Assembly (NCBI GenBank): GCA_051747965.1
Contig: JBNJGS010000004.1
Coordinates: forward strand, 300 to 64,299
Direction of reading: 5' to 3'
Length of the DNA stretch: 64,000 nucleotides
From: Bacteroidota bacterium
Lineage (GTDB): Bacteria; Bacteroidota; Bacteroidia; Bacteroidales; ML635J-15
Shown here: positions 26,489 through 34,896 of the stretch, piece after piece
Numbering within the stretch: the stretch's first letter is position 1
How the letters are laid out: every line of letters starts with the position of its first letter
Made by a program: the position numbers and the translations under genes
The notes under the pieces: model-generated
What the model was told of the DNA's origin: nothing
Seen by the model: the letters and a program-made list of their open reading frames with translations, nothing else
The model's database searches: none

Positions 26489-27628
26489 TTATCGCTTTTC
26501 TATTTTGAGTTGTTTGGTGGCGTCCTCTGATATGATTTCCAGAACATATATGCCCGGTTTTATATGAGAGCTTTCTATGCGTTTATGTATGGCAAGACTA
26601 CCATAGCTTGATTCCCACTTATCCACGGGTTTGCCGTTCATGTCTGTGAGTCTGAAAATGATATCGCCTTCAGGCCAGTTTTCCAGCATGATATTAAGTT
26701 CTGATGAAAAGGGATTGGGATATATGTACACATTCATATCCATTTTTCTGCTGCTGCAGTCTGCACTTACAATATCGAAAGTTTCCCGGCTTCCGTCTGT
26801 GTCAATTTGTGTCAGTCTGTAGTACCGGATTCCATCTCCGCTTTCATCATATTCCGTGTAAACAATTTCATGATGGCTGTTCCCTGCCCCCGGGAGGGTG
26901 CTGATTTGTTCCCAGTCAGTTGAATTATCACTTTGTTCCAGAATAAAAAGCTCGTTGTTTGTCTCGGAAGCAGTGGCCCAGCTAAGCTCAACATTATCAG
27001 AACTGCACTCAGCACTAAAATGTAAAAGCTCTACAGGAAGCAGACTGGGTATTGTGCTTCCGTCCGAAACTGTTTTGTTGGGTTGAATTCCAAAGGTGCT
27101 TCCATTTCCTGAAAATGAACCTGCACTTATCTGGCCGTCACCAAGAATTTCGCCTCCGTTGCCGTTATCAAAATCTCCGTCAACATCAACGCTGCCATTT
27201 ATTTCTACTTCATCAGAATTGTTTTTGTTTACAAAATCTCCCATTACTTTGATGTTTCCTGTATTGGTAACAAAAACAACACTTTGATTTGCAAAGGTCA
27301 AATGATAAACCCGCAATGAATCTTCAACTTCCAGCCGGGAACCTGCCCTTATAAACAAATCATTGTCACCTTTGAGCGAACCACCGGGATGAATGATCAT
27401 CCGGTCAAACGCAAAATTAACGTCCTGGTTAAGAACAACATCATGATGAATATGAATGATATCACCGTTTGCTGAGGGAACAACAGTGTTGTCCCATGCG
27501 TTTGCATCATCCCATAATCCGTCAGAAATTGTGGTGTGTGTAGCAGCCCGGCATCCAAATGAGATGAAAAAAACCAACACAAGTGTCAGTGATAAAAATT
27601 TCAACATATGGGATGTTTTTATCCTCAT
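26489..27628 (-). CDS. T9SS type A cargo protein (beta-helix-like N-terminus plus Fn3-like domain)
   Basis: Signal peptide. LPVELLHFSAE...VELSWATASETNNELFILEQS module. C-terminal IYPNPFSSELNI...GIYVLEI...QLKIEKR. The start could instead be the second Met at 27607. Confidence 0.75.
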   Translation of the reverse strand: MRIKTSHMLKFLSLTLVLVFFISFGCRAATHTTISDGLWDDANAWDNTVVPSANGDIIHIHHDVVLNQDVNFAFDRMIIHPGGSLKGDNDLFIRAGSRLEVEDSLRVYHLTFANQSVVFVTNTGNIKVMGDFVNKNNSDEVEINGSVDVDGDFDNGNGGEILGDGQISAGSFSGNGSTFGIQPNKTVSDGSTIPSLLPVELLHFSAECSSDNVELSWATASETNNELFILEQSDNSTDWEQISTLPGAGNSHHEIVYTEYDESGDGIRYYRLTQIDTDGSRETFDIVSADCSSRKMDMNVYIYPNPFSSELNIMLENWPEGDIIFRLTDMNGKPVDKWESSYGSLAIHKRIESSHIKPGIYVLEIISEDATKQLKIEKR

Positions 27629-27959
27629 TCGGGACTTTTTACGTTTAAATTTGCCTAAGTATAATATTTATGACCCTGACGAGCAAAATAATTTGGTGAA
27701 TGTTGCATAATTTGTGATAGAAAAGGTTTCCTGTTTGATGAGTGATTGATTTTTGATGATGAATTTTACTTGTTTATGAATAGTTATGTAATGCTAGCAT
27801 CTGTCGATAAGCGCAAGTACTGCAGTTTACCTTTCCTGCAAATATGCCTGCTTCCGGCATGATAATAATGCAAAAAAAACTGACGGCATTCATACGGAGA
27901 TTTTTCTTTAATGAAATTCTTTTCTTACTTTGACATCTGTAATTATAAGCATCAAAAAA

Positions 27960-29171
27960 ATGAAAAAGATTGTCACTTTTCTTATCTTCTTTCTTGCAAC
28001 TATGGCAGTTTATGCACAGGATGAGGCAAAATACAAAACATACGAACCCGGATTTTATCATCGTTTTATTCTTCGCGATGTTCGTGCTGTAAAAGCAGCC
28101 CGGGAAGAAGGAGAGAAAGAGAAGTATCTGGTGATGGATCATTCGGACAAGCAAATTCCAAACGATCCTGATGATTATACAAGAATGTGGGCACAACCAA
28201 CAATTTCTCAGGGAAATGCCGGGACATGCTGGGCTTATGGCGGTACTTCATTTGTGGAATCTGAGCACAAAAGACTTGGAGGTGATGCACTCAAATTATC
28301 TGAAATGTTCACAGTCTACTGGGAATATGTTGAAAAAGCCCGTCGATATGTAAAAACCCGTGGTGAATCAAACTTTACTCAGGGCTCACAGGCCAATGCA
28401 GTTACCCGGATGATAAAAATGCATGGTGCTGTTCCGGAAAGTGCATACAGCGGACTGAAAGATGGCAGAAAATATCACTCACATGAGGAGATGATGAAGG
28501 AAATGCAGTCATTTCTGACTTCAGTAAAAGAGGATGATGCCTGGAATGAAAAAGTAGTAACAGCAACCATAAAGTCCATCATGCATCACCACATGGGCGA
28601 GCCCCCGGCTGAGTTTGAGTACAACGGGAAAATTTTTACACCAGAATCCTTCAGGAACGAAGTGTTGAAATTCAGACCTGAGGATTATTCTGATGTGATG
28701 TCAAGCATGGCAGTTGAGTACGGAGAAACAGGATTGTATGATGTGCCGGACAACTGGTGGAAATGCGATGCATATTACAATCTGGAGCTGGATGTGTTTA
28801 TGGATTTGCTTCAGGATGCTTTGGAAAATGGATACACAGCTGCAATCGGTGGGGATGTTAGTGAAGCCGGATTTTCCCGTAAGACCAATGCAGCATTGAT
28901 TCCGGATTTTGATATAGAATCAGATAATATCAGTGCTGCTGCCAGAGAATTCCGTTTCGCCAACAAATCCACCACAGATGATCACATCATGCACATCATT
29001 GGCTTTCAGAAATTCAAAGGAGATATCTGGTACCTGGTAAAGGATTCCAGCTCCGGTTCCCGGAATACAGAAGAAGATGCTGCAAGATTCGGGTATTATT
29101 TCATGCATGAAGATTATATAAAACTTAAAATCCTCACCTTTACCATTCACAAGTCTGTCCTGAATAATTAG
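27960..29171 (+). CDS. C1 family (papain-like, aminopeptidase C-like) cysteine peptidase, secreted
   Basis: Signal peptide MKKIVTFLIFFLATMAVYA. Catalytic Cys motif QGNAGTCWAYGG and catalytic His region DDHIMHIIGF. Confidence 0.8.
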   Translation: MKKIVTFLIFFLATMAVYAQDEAKYKTYEPGFYHRFILRDVRAVKAAREEGEKEKYLVMDHSDKQIPNDPDDYTRMWAQPTISQGNAGTCWAYGGTSFVESEHKRLGGDALKLSEMFTVYWEYVEKARRYVKTRGESNFTQGSQANAVTRMIKMHGAVPESAYSGLKDGRKYHSHEEMMKEMQSFLTSVKEDDAWNEKVVTATIKSIMHHHMGEPPAEFEYNGKIFTPESFRNEVLKFRPEDYSDVMSSMAVEYGETGLYDVPDNWWKCDAYYNLELDVFMDLLQDALENGYTAAIGGDVSEAGFSRKTNAALIPDFDIESDNISAAAREFRFANKSTTDDHIMHIIGFQKFKGDIWYLVKDSSSGSRNTEEDAARFGYYFMHEDYIKLKILTFTIHKSVLNN

Positions 29172-29371
29172 AATGTAGAATTGTCTGAATATTATTTGCA
29201 GGGCTGTCGCGCTGGCATCAGAACTTCAGCCTGATTTGGATATCATTACATTGGCCTTGATTGCTCACAATCATTCCTGTGATTTTTTTATTCTTTAAAA
29301 TTATTGCTTACCTTTATTGCATCTAGGGAAGATAGTTTCGTGGAAAGCGAGAGCATTTAATTTGAGTGACT

Positions 29372-32300
29372 ATGAGAAAATCATTGGTAATCATCGTGTT
29401 ACTGTACATCTCAGGTATGGTGTACGGGCAAAATTTAGTACTGAATCCAAGTTTTGAATCTGTTACCGAGGCTAATCTGCAGTGTAGCTGGTACACAAGC
29501 CAGGCGCAATTTGCTGATGCGATGGATAACTGGACAGCTCCCACAGGGGGGTCCACTGATATTTTTAGCCTTACGCTTGCTCAGTCCTGCTACTGTCATC
29601 CGCATTCAACCCACACCAGTGCGGTCGGCACACAGGATCCGCGCACAGGCGATGTGATGAGTCATGTGACGGTGTATGGGGACGGTGGCTGTGATCCCTA
29701 CAGAGAATACCTGCAGGGCGAGCTTTCTACACCACTTGTCGTAGGAAATACGTATGAAGTTGAATTCTATGTTTCTTTTGGTGATTATTGTACAGATGCA
29801 ACCAATAACCTGGGTGTGTATTTTACCACAACACCGGTGAATGACGGATCCATGTGTGTGTATGATGTGGATCCACATCTTAACTACACCACTGTTGTTA
29901 CAGAAGAGGACGGCTGGTACCAGATTTTATTTACCTTCACACCTACACAGCCCTACGAATATTTCATGATCGGAAACTTTTATACCGATGTGGAAACATC
30001 AACCATACCTATGGGAGGGACCAAAGCCACTGTCAGGTACTTTGTTGATGATGTAAGAATTGAAGAAGCTTTACCTACATCTGATTTTACGGTAACAAGC
30101 CCCGTGTGTGAAGGAGAATCTTCCACCATCGCCTATACCGGAAATGCCGGAAGTACGGCAACATACCACTGGGATTTTGACGGAGGAAACGCTTCTCCCG
30201 GTACCGGCCAGGGTCCGCATGATGTGTACTGGATGGATGATGGTGACTATACCATCTCACTCTGGGTTGAAGAGAATGGTCAAAGTTCGGATACCACAAC
30301 CCATACAGTCACTGTTAATCCTATCCCAACCCCGTATTTTACACTTGGAGGACTGGATTGTTATGGTGACAATGTAACCGCTACTTACACCGGATCAGCA
30401 TCATCCTCTGCTTCATACAACTGGAACTTTGATGGTGCTACTGTGCTTTCAGGCAGCGGACAGGGGCCTTATACCCTTGCGTGGAGCACTACAGGCACGC
30501 ATACTGTTACCCTGGATGTTACAGAAAACGGATGTACCTCCCTGCCAAATTCCGAAACCGTTGTCAATCCCCCGGAGTTAACGGTGGATCTGATCTCCCA
30601 GGATATCTCCTGTTTCGGAATGAATGACGGTGCCATAACATCATCTGTTTCGGGTGGCACTACTCCATATAATTATCTTTGGTCAGAATCATCCACCACT
30701 GCCGGTATATCCGGTTTGTCACAAGCCAGCTATATACTGACTGTTACTGATGATCACGGCTGTACAATCAGTGATACCGCACAGATCGATGAGCCGGATG
30801 AGCTTTTGCTTTTTGCAGGTACGGATCAGAATATTTGTTATGGAGATACTGCCGTTTTATCAATAGGACTTACCGGTGGTGTTTCACCATTCACCTATTA
30901 TTATGATGATGGAAGTGGCGCCCAGACATCATCCACCGCCGACATTGATGTGAGCCCGGATACAAATGCGGATTATTCGGTATTTGCGGAAGATAACAAC
31001 GGATGTTTGTCTGATACAGCTAACATTGCCGTGCAGGTCAGCAGCCCGATGTCTGTAAATACAAGTCTGCAAAATGTCAGTTGCAACGGGGAATGTGATG
31101 GGGAAACAGAGCTTACTGTCAGCGGCGGAATCGCGCCCTATACTTATTCATGGTCATCTGACACCAATATCCAAACCGGTCTTTGTGCCGGAGATTATGA
31201 TGTGACCATTACTGATGACCTTGCTTGTACCCGGGAAATAAGCTTTACCATTACCGAACCTGATGTGCTTTCAGTCAACCTGGATGCTGAGGATGCCTCC
31301 TGTTTCGGATTAACTGATGGCAGTATTTCTTCAAGTGTCAGTGGAGGTATTCCACCATATGATTATGCATGGAGCAATTCAGAAAATAGCGCGGATATTG
31401 CAGACTTATCTCCGGGAAATTATTCTCTCACCGTGACTGATGATCATGCTTGTACTGCAGAAGCACTTGCCATCATTGCCGAACCCACAGAGGTGCAGCT
31501 TTACGTGAGCGATGATCTTTTTCTGTGTGCAGGGGATCCGGCCAACATGACTGCTTCGGCAAGTGGGGGCAATGGACCATATATATATTATTGGGATACC
31601 GGTAATGGTTTTACTGCCGGCAATTCTTCCCAGACTGAATATCCGTACAGCTCAAGGGATTATGCGGTTTATGCTGAAGATGATAACGGATGTGTTTCTG
31701 ATACAGCTTATATTTCGGTAAGTCTGAGTTCTGTGATGCATATGGACCTGCAGGTAAATGATATTTCCTGTCATTCCATGTGTGATGGTAGTGCAGAAAT
31801 CAATATTACCGGAGGCATTTCCCCATTTGAGTATTCCTGGGAAAGCAATGGCAATACCATATCCGGATTATGTGAAGACAATTATCAGGTCAGCATTACA
31901 GATCAGAATGATTGCGTGGTAGATACATCTTTTTATATCGCTGAACCGGATACCCTGATGGGAACAATTTTCGGAACAGATCCTTTATGCCCGGGAAGCT
32001 CGGACGGTACTGCTTTTGTTGATATGTCCGGTGGAATACCACCTTATGAGTACCAGTGGTCCGAGGGCCAGCAGGATGATACCGCAGTAAATCTGTCCGC
32101 CGGCCTTCATTCACTTACAGTAACGGATGCCAATAATTGTCAGACAGCTTTACAAATTTATCTGGATGAACCGGACAATATTATCATCAACGGCCTGTAC
32201 GGAAGTCAGATTTGTATCAATGGTTCTGCAAATCTGAATGCATCAATTACCGGAGGAACAGCGCCTTATTACTACCAGTGGACTGGTACAGACAGCTCTG

Positions 32301-33487
32301 TTTGGAATGGTACTGAGTTTACTGTCAGTCCTGATGAAACTGAAGATTATTCACTCATGATTACAGATGCCAATGGCTGTACAAAAGAGCAGACAGTAAC
32401 GGTCAGTGTTTATCCTGAAATTGAAATACTCAATCTCTATACCAATGATGATTCTGTCTGCCGGGGCGAAAGTACAAAATTGAACTTTGAAGTAGCCGGC
32501 GGTAACGGTGGGCCGTTCGAGGTGATGCTTAATGACAACCAGATTATTACTTCTCCTCATGCCATCAGTCCGCAGCATTCGGGCTGGTATGAAATACAAG
32601 TATCAGATGCATGTGAAACTCCATCGGTAAAAGATTCGGTTTATATTGAGGTACTTGATCTGCCGGCCAACAACTTTGTATCTGATATCGTTGCAAAATG
32701 CCCTCCTGCAAAGATTTCATTCCATGAGCTCAATGAGCAGGAAGGATATATCTATGAATGGACCTTTGGTGATGGAGATTTTGCCTATGGTGCTCAAACT
32801 TCTCATGTTTATGAAAATAGCGGATGGTATGATGTCAGTTTACTTGTGACAGATGTGTTTGGCTGTTCCAAACGTAATAACAGGGAGGATATGATACATA
32901 TATATCCTGTGCCTGATATTGATTTCTATACACGGCCAAATGATGTGAGTATGCTCAACCCGGAAGTGGAATTCAGACCAGTAACAGCCCATACCGACAG
33001 CCTCTACTGGTATTTTGGTGATGGAGATTCAACACTTTCCAGCAGATGGAATCCTGTACACATGTATGAAGATATCGGCCGGTTTACTGTCAGGGTGATT
33101 GGTGTCAACAATTACGGTTGCAGGGATACGGCCAGAAAAGTTCTGAAAGTAAAAGAACATTTTACTTTTTATGCACCAACGGCTTTTACACCAAATTATG
33201 ATGGCAAAAATGATTGCTTTTCTGTTTGCGGAGAAGGTATTGACCCGATGGAGTTTTCTCTTAGCGTGTATAACAGGTGGGGAGAAGTTGTTTTTGAAAC
33301 CGACAGATATGACAAGGGTACTGGATGTAATGGTTGTGGTAGTACTACCTGGGACGGAACCGCGCAGGGAAATCTCATGAAAGGGGATGAACTTCTGCCG
33401 GCTGGTGCTTACCCGTGGGTTTGTGTTTATAAAGATATCTTCGGGGTAGAGCACAAGGAGGAAGGCGTGGTGAAACTCATTCGGTGA
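29372..33487 (+). CDS. Giant adhesin-like T9SS type B cargo (SprB repeats, PKD-like domains, gliding-motility-associated CTD)
   Basis: ATG at 29372 with a signal peptide. N-terminal NLVLNPSFE-type domain. WDFDGG / WTFGDGD / WYFGDGD PKD-like units. Six C.G..DG....(V/I).GG..P(Y/F).Y.W...TVTD...C SprB-type repeats. C-terminal FYAPTAFTPN.DG.ND...YNRWGE...WDGT...VKLIR. Confidence 0.9.
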   Translation: MRKSLVIIVLLYISGMVYGQNLVLNPSFESVTEANLQCSWYTSQAQFADAMDNWTAPTGGSTDIFSLTLAQSCYCHPHSTHTSAVGTQDPRTGDVMSHVTVYGDGGCDPYREYLQGELSTPLVVGNTYEVEFYVSFGDYCTDATNNLGVYFTTTPVNDGSMCVYDVDPHLNYTTVVTEEDGWYQILFTFTPTQPYEYFMIGNFYTDVETSTIPMGGTKATVRYFVDDVRIEEALPTSDFTVTSPVCEGESSTIAYTGNAGSTATYHWDFDGGNASPGTGQGPHDVYWMDDGDYTISLWVEENGQSSDTTTHTVTVNPIPTPYFTLGGLDCYGDNVTATYTGSASSSASYNWNFDGATVLSGSGQGPYTLAWSTTGTHTVTLDVTENGCTSLPNSETVVNPPELTVDLISQDISCFGMNDGAITSSVSGGTTPYNYLWSESSTTAGISGLSQASYILTVTDDHGCTISDTAQIDEPDELLLFAGTDQNICYGDTAVLSIGLTGGVSPFTYYYDDGSGAQTSSTADIDVSPDTNADYSVFAEDNNGCLSDTANIAVQVSSPMSVNTSLQNVSCNGECDGETELTVSGGIAPYTYSWSSDTNIQTGLCAGDYDVTITDDLACTREISFTITEPDVLSVNLDAEDASCFGLTDGSISSSVSGGIPPYDYAWSNSENSADIADLSPGNYSLTVTDDHACTAEALAIIAEPTEVQLYVSDDLFLCAGDPANMTASASGGNGPYIYYWDTGNGFTAGNSSQTEYPYSSRDYAVYAEDDNGCVSDTAYISVSLSSVMHMDLQVNDISCHSMCDGSAEINITGGISPFEYSWESNGNTISGLCEDNYQVSITDQNDCVVDTSFYIAEPDTLMGTIFGTDPLCPGSSDGTAFVDMSGGIPPYEYQWSEGQQDDTAVNLSAGLHSLTVTDANNCQTALQIYLDEPDNIIINGLYGSQICINGSANLNASITGGTAPYYYQWTGTDSSVWNGTEFTVSPDETEDYSLMITDANGCTKEQTVTVSVYPEIEILNLYTNDDSVCRGESTKLNFEVAGGNGGPFEVMLNDNQIITSPHAISPQHSGWYEIQVSDACETPSVKDSVYIEVLDLPANNFVSDIVAKCPPAKISFHELNEQEGYIYEWTFGDGDFAYGAQTSHVYENSGWYDVSLLVTDVFGCSKRNNREDMIHIYPVPDIDFYTRPNDVSMLNPEVEFRPVTAHTDSLYWYFGDGDSTLSSRWNPVHMYEDIGRFTVRVIGVNNYGCRDTARKVLKVKEHFTFYAPTAFTPNYDGKNDCFSVCGEGIDPMEFSLSVYNRWGEVVFETDRYDKGTGCNGCGSTTWDGTAQGNLMKGDELLPAGAYPWVCVYKDIFGVEHKEEGVVKLIR
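30575..32410 (+). repeat. Higher-order tandem repeat: two ~230-aa superunits (30575-31267, 31268-31954) plus a partial third
   Basis: Each superunit is an SprB-type repeat, then an ~80-aa D..(I/L)C.GD.A unit, then a second SprB-type repeat. 38 of 67 residues are identical between the first segments by hand count. Confidence 0.75.
33167..33484 (+). other. T9SS type B C-terminal sorting domain (106 aa) with Cx3C + Cx2C insertion
   Basis: FYAPTAFTPNYDGKNDCFSVCGEG...YNRWGEVVFETDRYDKGTGCNGCGSTTWDGT...VKLIR. Confidence 0.8.
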
Positions 33488-33540
33488 TTACGTTTATAAA
33501 GCACAAGGCCCGATATGGATTTGATTAAAATGTTACAGAC

Positions 33541-34752
33541 ATGAAAAACCGGATTCTTTTTTTGACTGCCGTCTTGGTCATAATGCCAGGCATTTCTCAT
33601 GCTCAGAACAATGTGGATTCTGCGGAACATTTGTATTTTGAAAATTATGGTAGTTGTGGTGATATCGTTTTAACCACGGTTGATCTTTCTGAGGCCACCG
33701 CCTCGGATTATATGGCACCGGATTGCATGCAGGTTGATACATCCTGTGATATGTGGTACAAATTCGTGGTTCCTGAAAATGTCAGTGAACTCAGTTGTCA
33801 TGCGTATAATTCGGATATCATTCCCATGCCGGGTAGCCGGGGACCTTCGGTGCCGGGGCTGGCAGTATATGATGGAAGTGGTGCGGATGCGCCGATTCTG
33901 CTTGAGTGTTTCAGTGCTGTTGCTGAGGACAGCCTGCTCAATGCTGAAATCCGTTGGGCTGCAATATCTGGTTTGACTGCGGGTGATACTTTGTATATGC
34001 GGTTATGGGACCAGAACAACATTGCTCAAAAACTTTTTCTTGCCGTAAGCCAGCGGATGGATTTTCCGGAAAATTATTGCGAAACGCCGGCTCCCCTGGA
34101 TGAAGGTATTTGTAATATTCTCTCTGAGGGGACCGATTTAACAGCTCCTGAAGAATGTGGATGGAGCACAGTAGATAATCCTGCCTTTTATCATTTTACC
34201 GTAACAGAGGCAAGCCCACAGCCTGTCAGTATCTGGATTTCAAACCTGACAGCCTTTTCTCTAGCTGAAATCACGCAGGCTGAGCTTCAGATGGCTGTGT
34301 ATGCCTGGAATGGGACAGATTGCACAAACATCGGCGGAAGTCCTCAATCCAATCCGCCCAATGTTTCCGGTTCCTATATGGGATGTGGAGCAGGTACTGA
34401 GGATATCAGTTTTGGTGAAATGATGACTCCTGGCCAATATATATTGGCGATTGACGGATACAGTAGCCTGGAAGGAAATGTTATGTACGAGGGTGATGCT
34501 GGTATTGAAACAGCGGTAGAAAATGCTGAATTCACCAGAACAATGGTTTATCCTAACCCATCATCAGGAGATATTTTTATTAACACTGAATCCTTTTCCA
34601 AATGCAGTTTGTTAAACAGTACAGGACAGTTGATTGGGGAATATGAGTTAAAACAGGGAAAACTCAACCTCCGGAATATAAACCCAGGATTGTATACCAT
34701 ACTGTTTTACAATAATTCAACTTACTATACAAAGAAAATTATTGTACAATAG
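33541..34752 (+). CDS. T9SS type A cargo protein carrying an unassigned ~300-aa head module
   Basis: Signal peptide. Residues 22-320 are colinear with the N-terminus of the next gene. C-terminal VYPNPSSGDIFI...GLYTILFYN...KKIIVQ is a type A CTD. Confidence 0.8.
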   Translation: MKNRILFLTAVLVIMPGISHAQNNVDSAEHLYFENYGSCGDIVLTTVDLSEATASDYMAPDCMQVDTSCDMWYKFVVPENVSELSCHAYNSDIIPMPGSRGPSVPGLAVYDGSGADAPILLECFSAVAEDSLLNAEIRWAAISGLTAGDTLYMRLWDQNNIAQKLFLAVSQRMDFPENYCETPAPLDEGICNILSEGTDLTAPEECGWSTVDNPAFYHFTVTEASPQPVSIWISNLTAFSLAEITQAELQMAVYAWNGTDCTNIGGSPQSNPPNVSGSYMGCGAGTEDISFGEMMTPGQYILAIDGYSSLEGNVMYEGDAGIETAVENAEFTRTMVYPNPSSGDIFINTESFSKCSLLNSTGQLIGEYELKQGKLNLRNINPGLYTILFYNNSTYYTKKIIVQ

Positions 34753-34851
34753 TATTCTGAATGAGCAATTATTGTAGTGATAGCCAGGAGCATTTTATAA
34801 TGTTCTGCTATTACAATATCTAAAGCTTTTCCTAATCTGAAAAATTTTCTT

Positions 34852-34859
34852 TAAGTTTG
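34852..34859 (+). promoter_or_regulatory. Candidate -7 box TAAGTTTG
   Basis: Exact TAnnTTTG match 38 nt upstream of the ATG at 34897. No clear -33 element. Confidence 0.25.
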
Positions 34860-34896
34860 TTTCAGGATAAATGGATATTGACATTAAGACAGTCGC

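Noticed and set aside
30575-32410. Periodic nucleotide repeats that might be mistaken for a CRISPR array or other non-coding repeat array (also at 35881-37692 and 59908-61020)
   Set aside because: The repeats lie inside long uninterrupted ORFs. The units are 200-690 nt, diverged, and conserved at the protein level (SprB-type repeats). There is no short direct repeat and spacer organisation.
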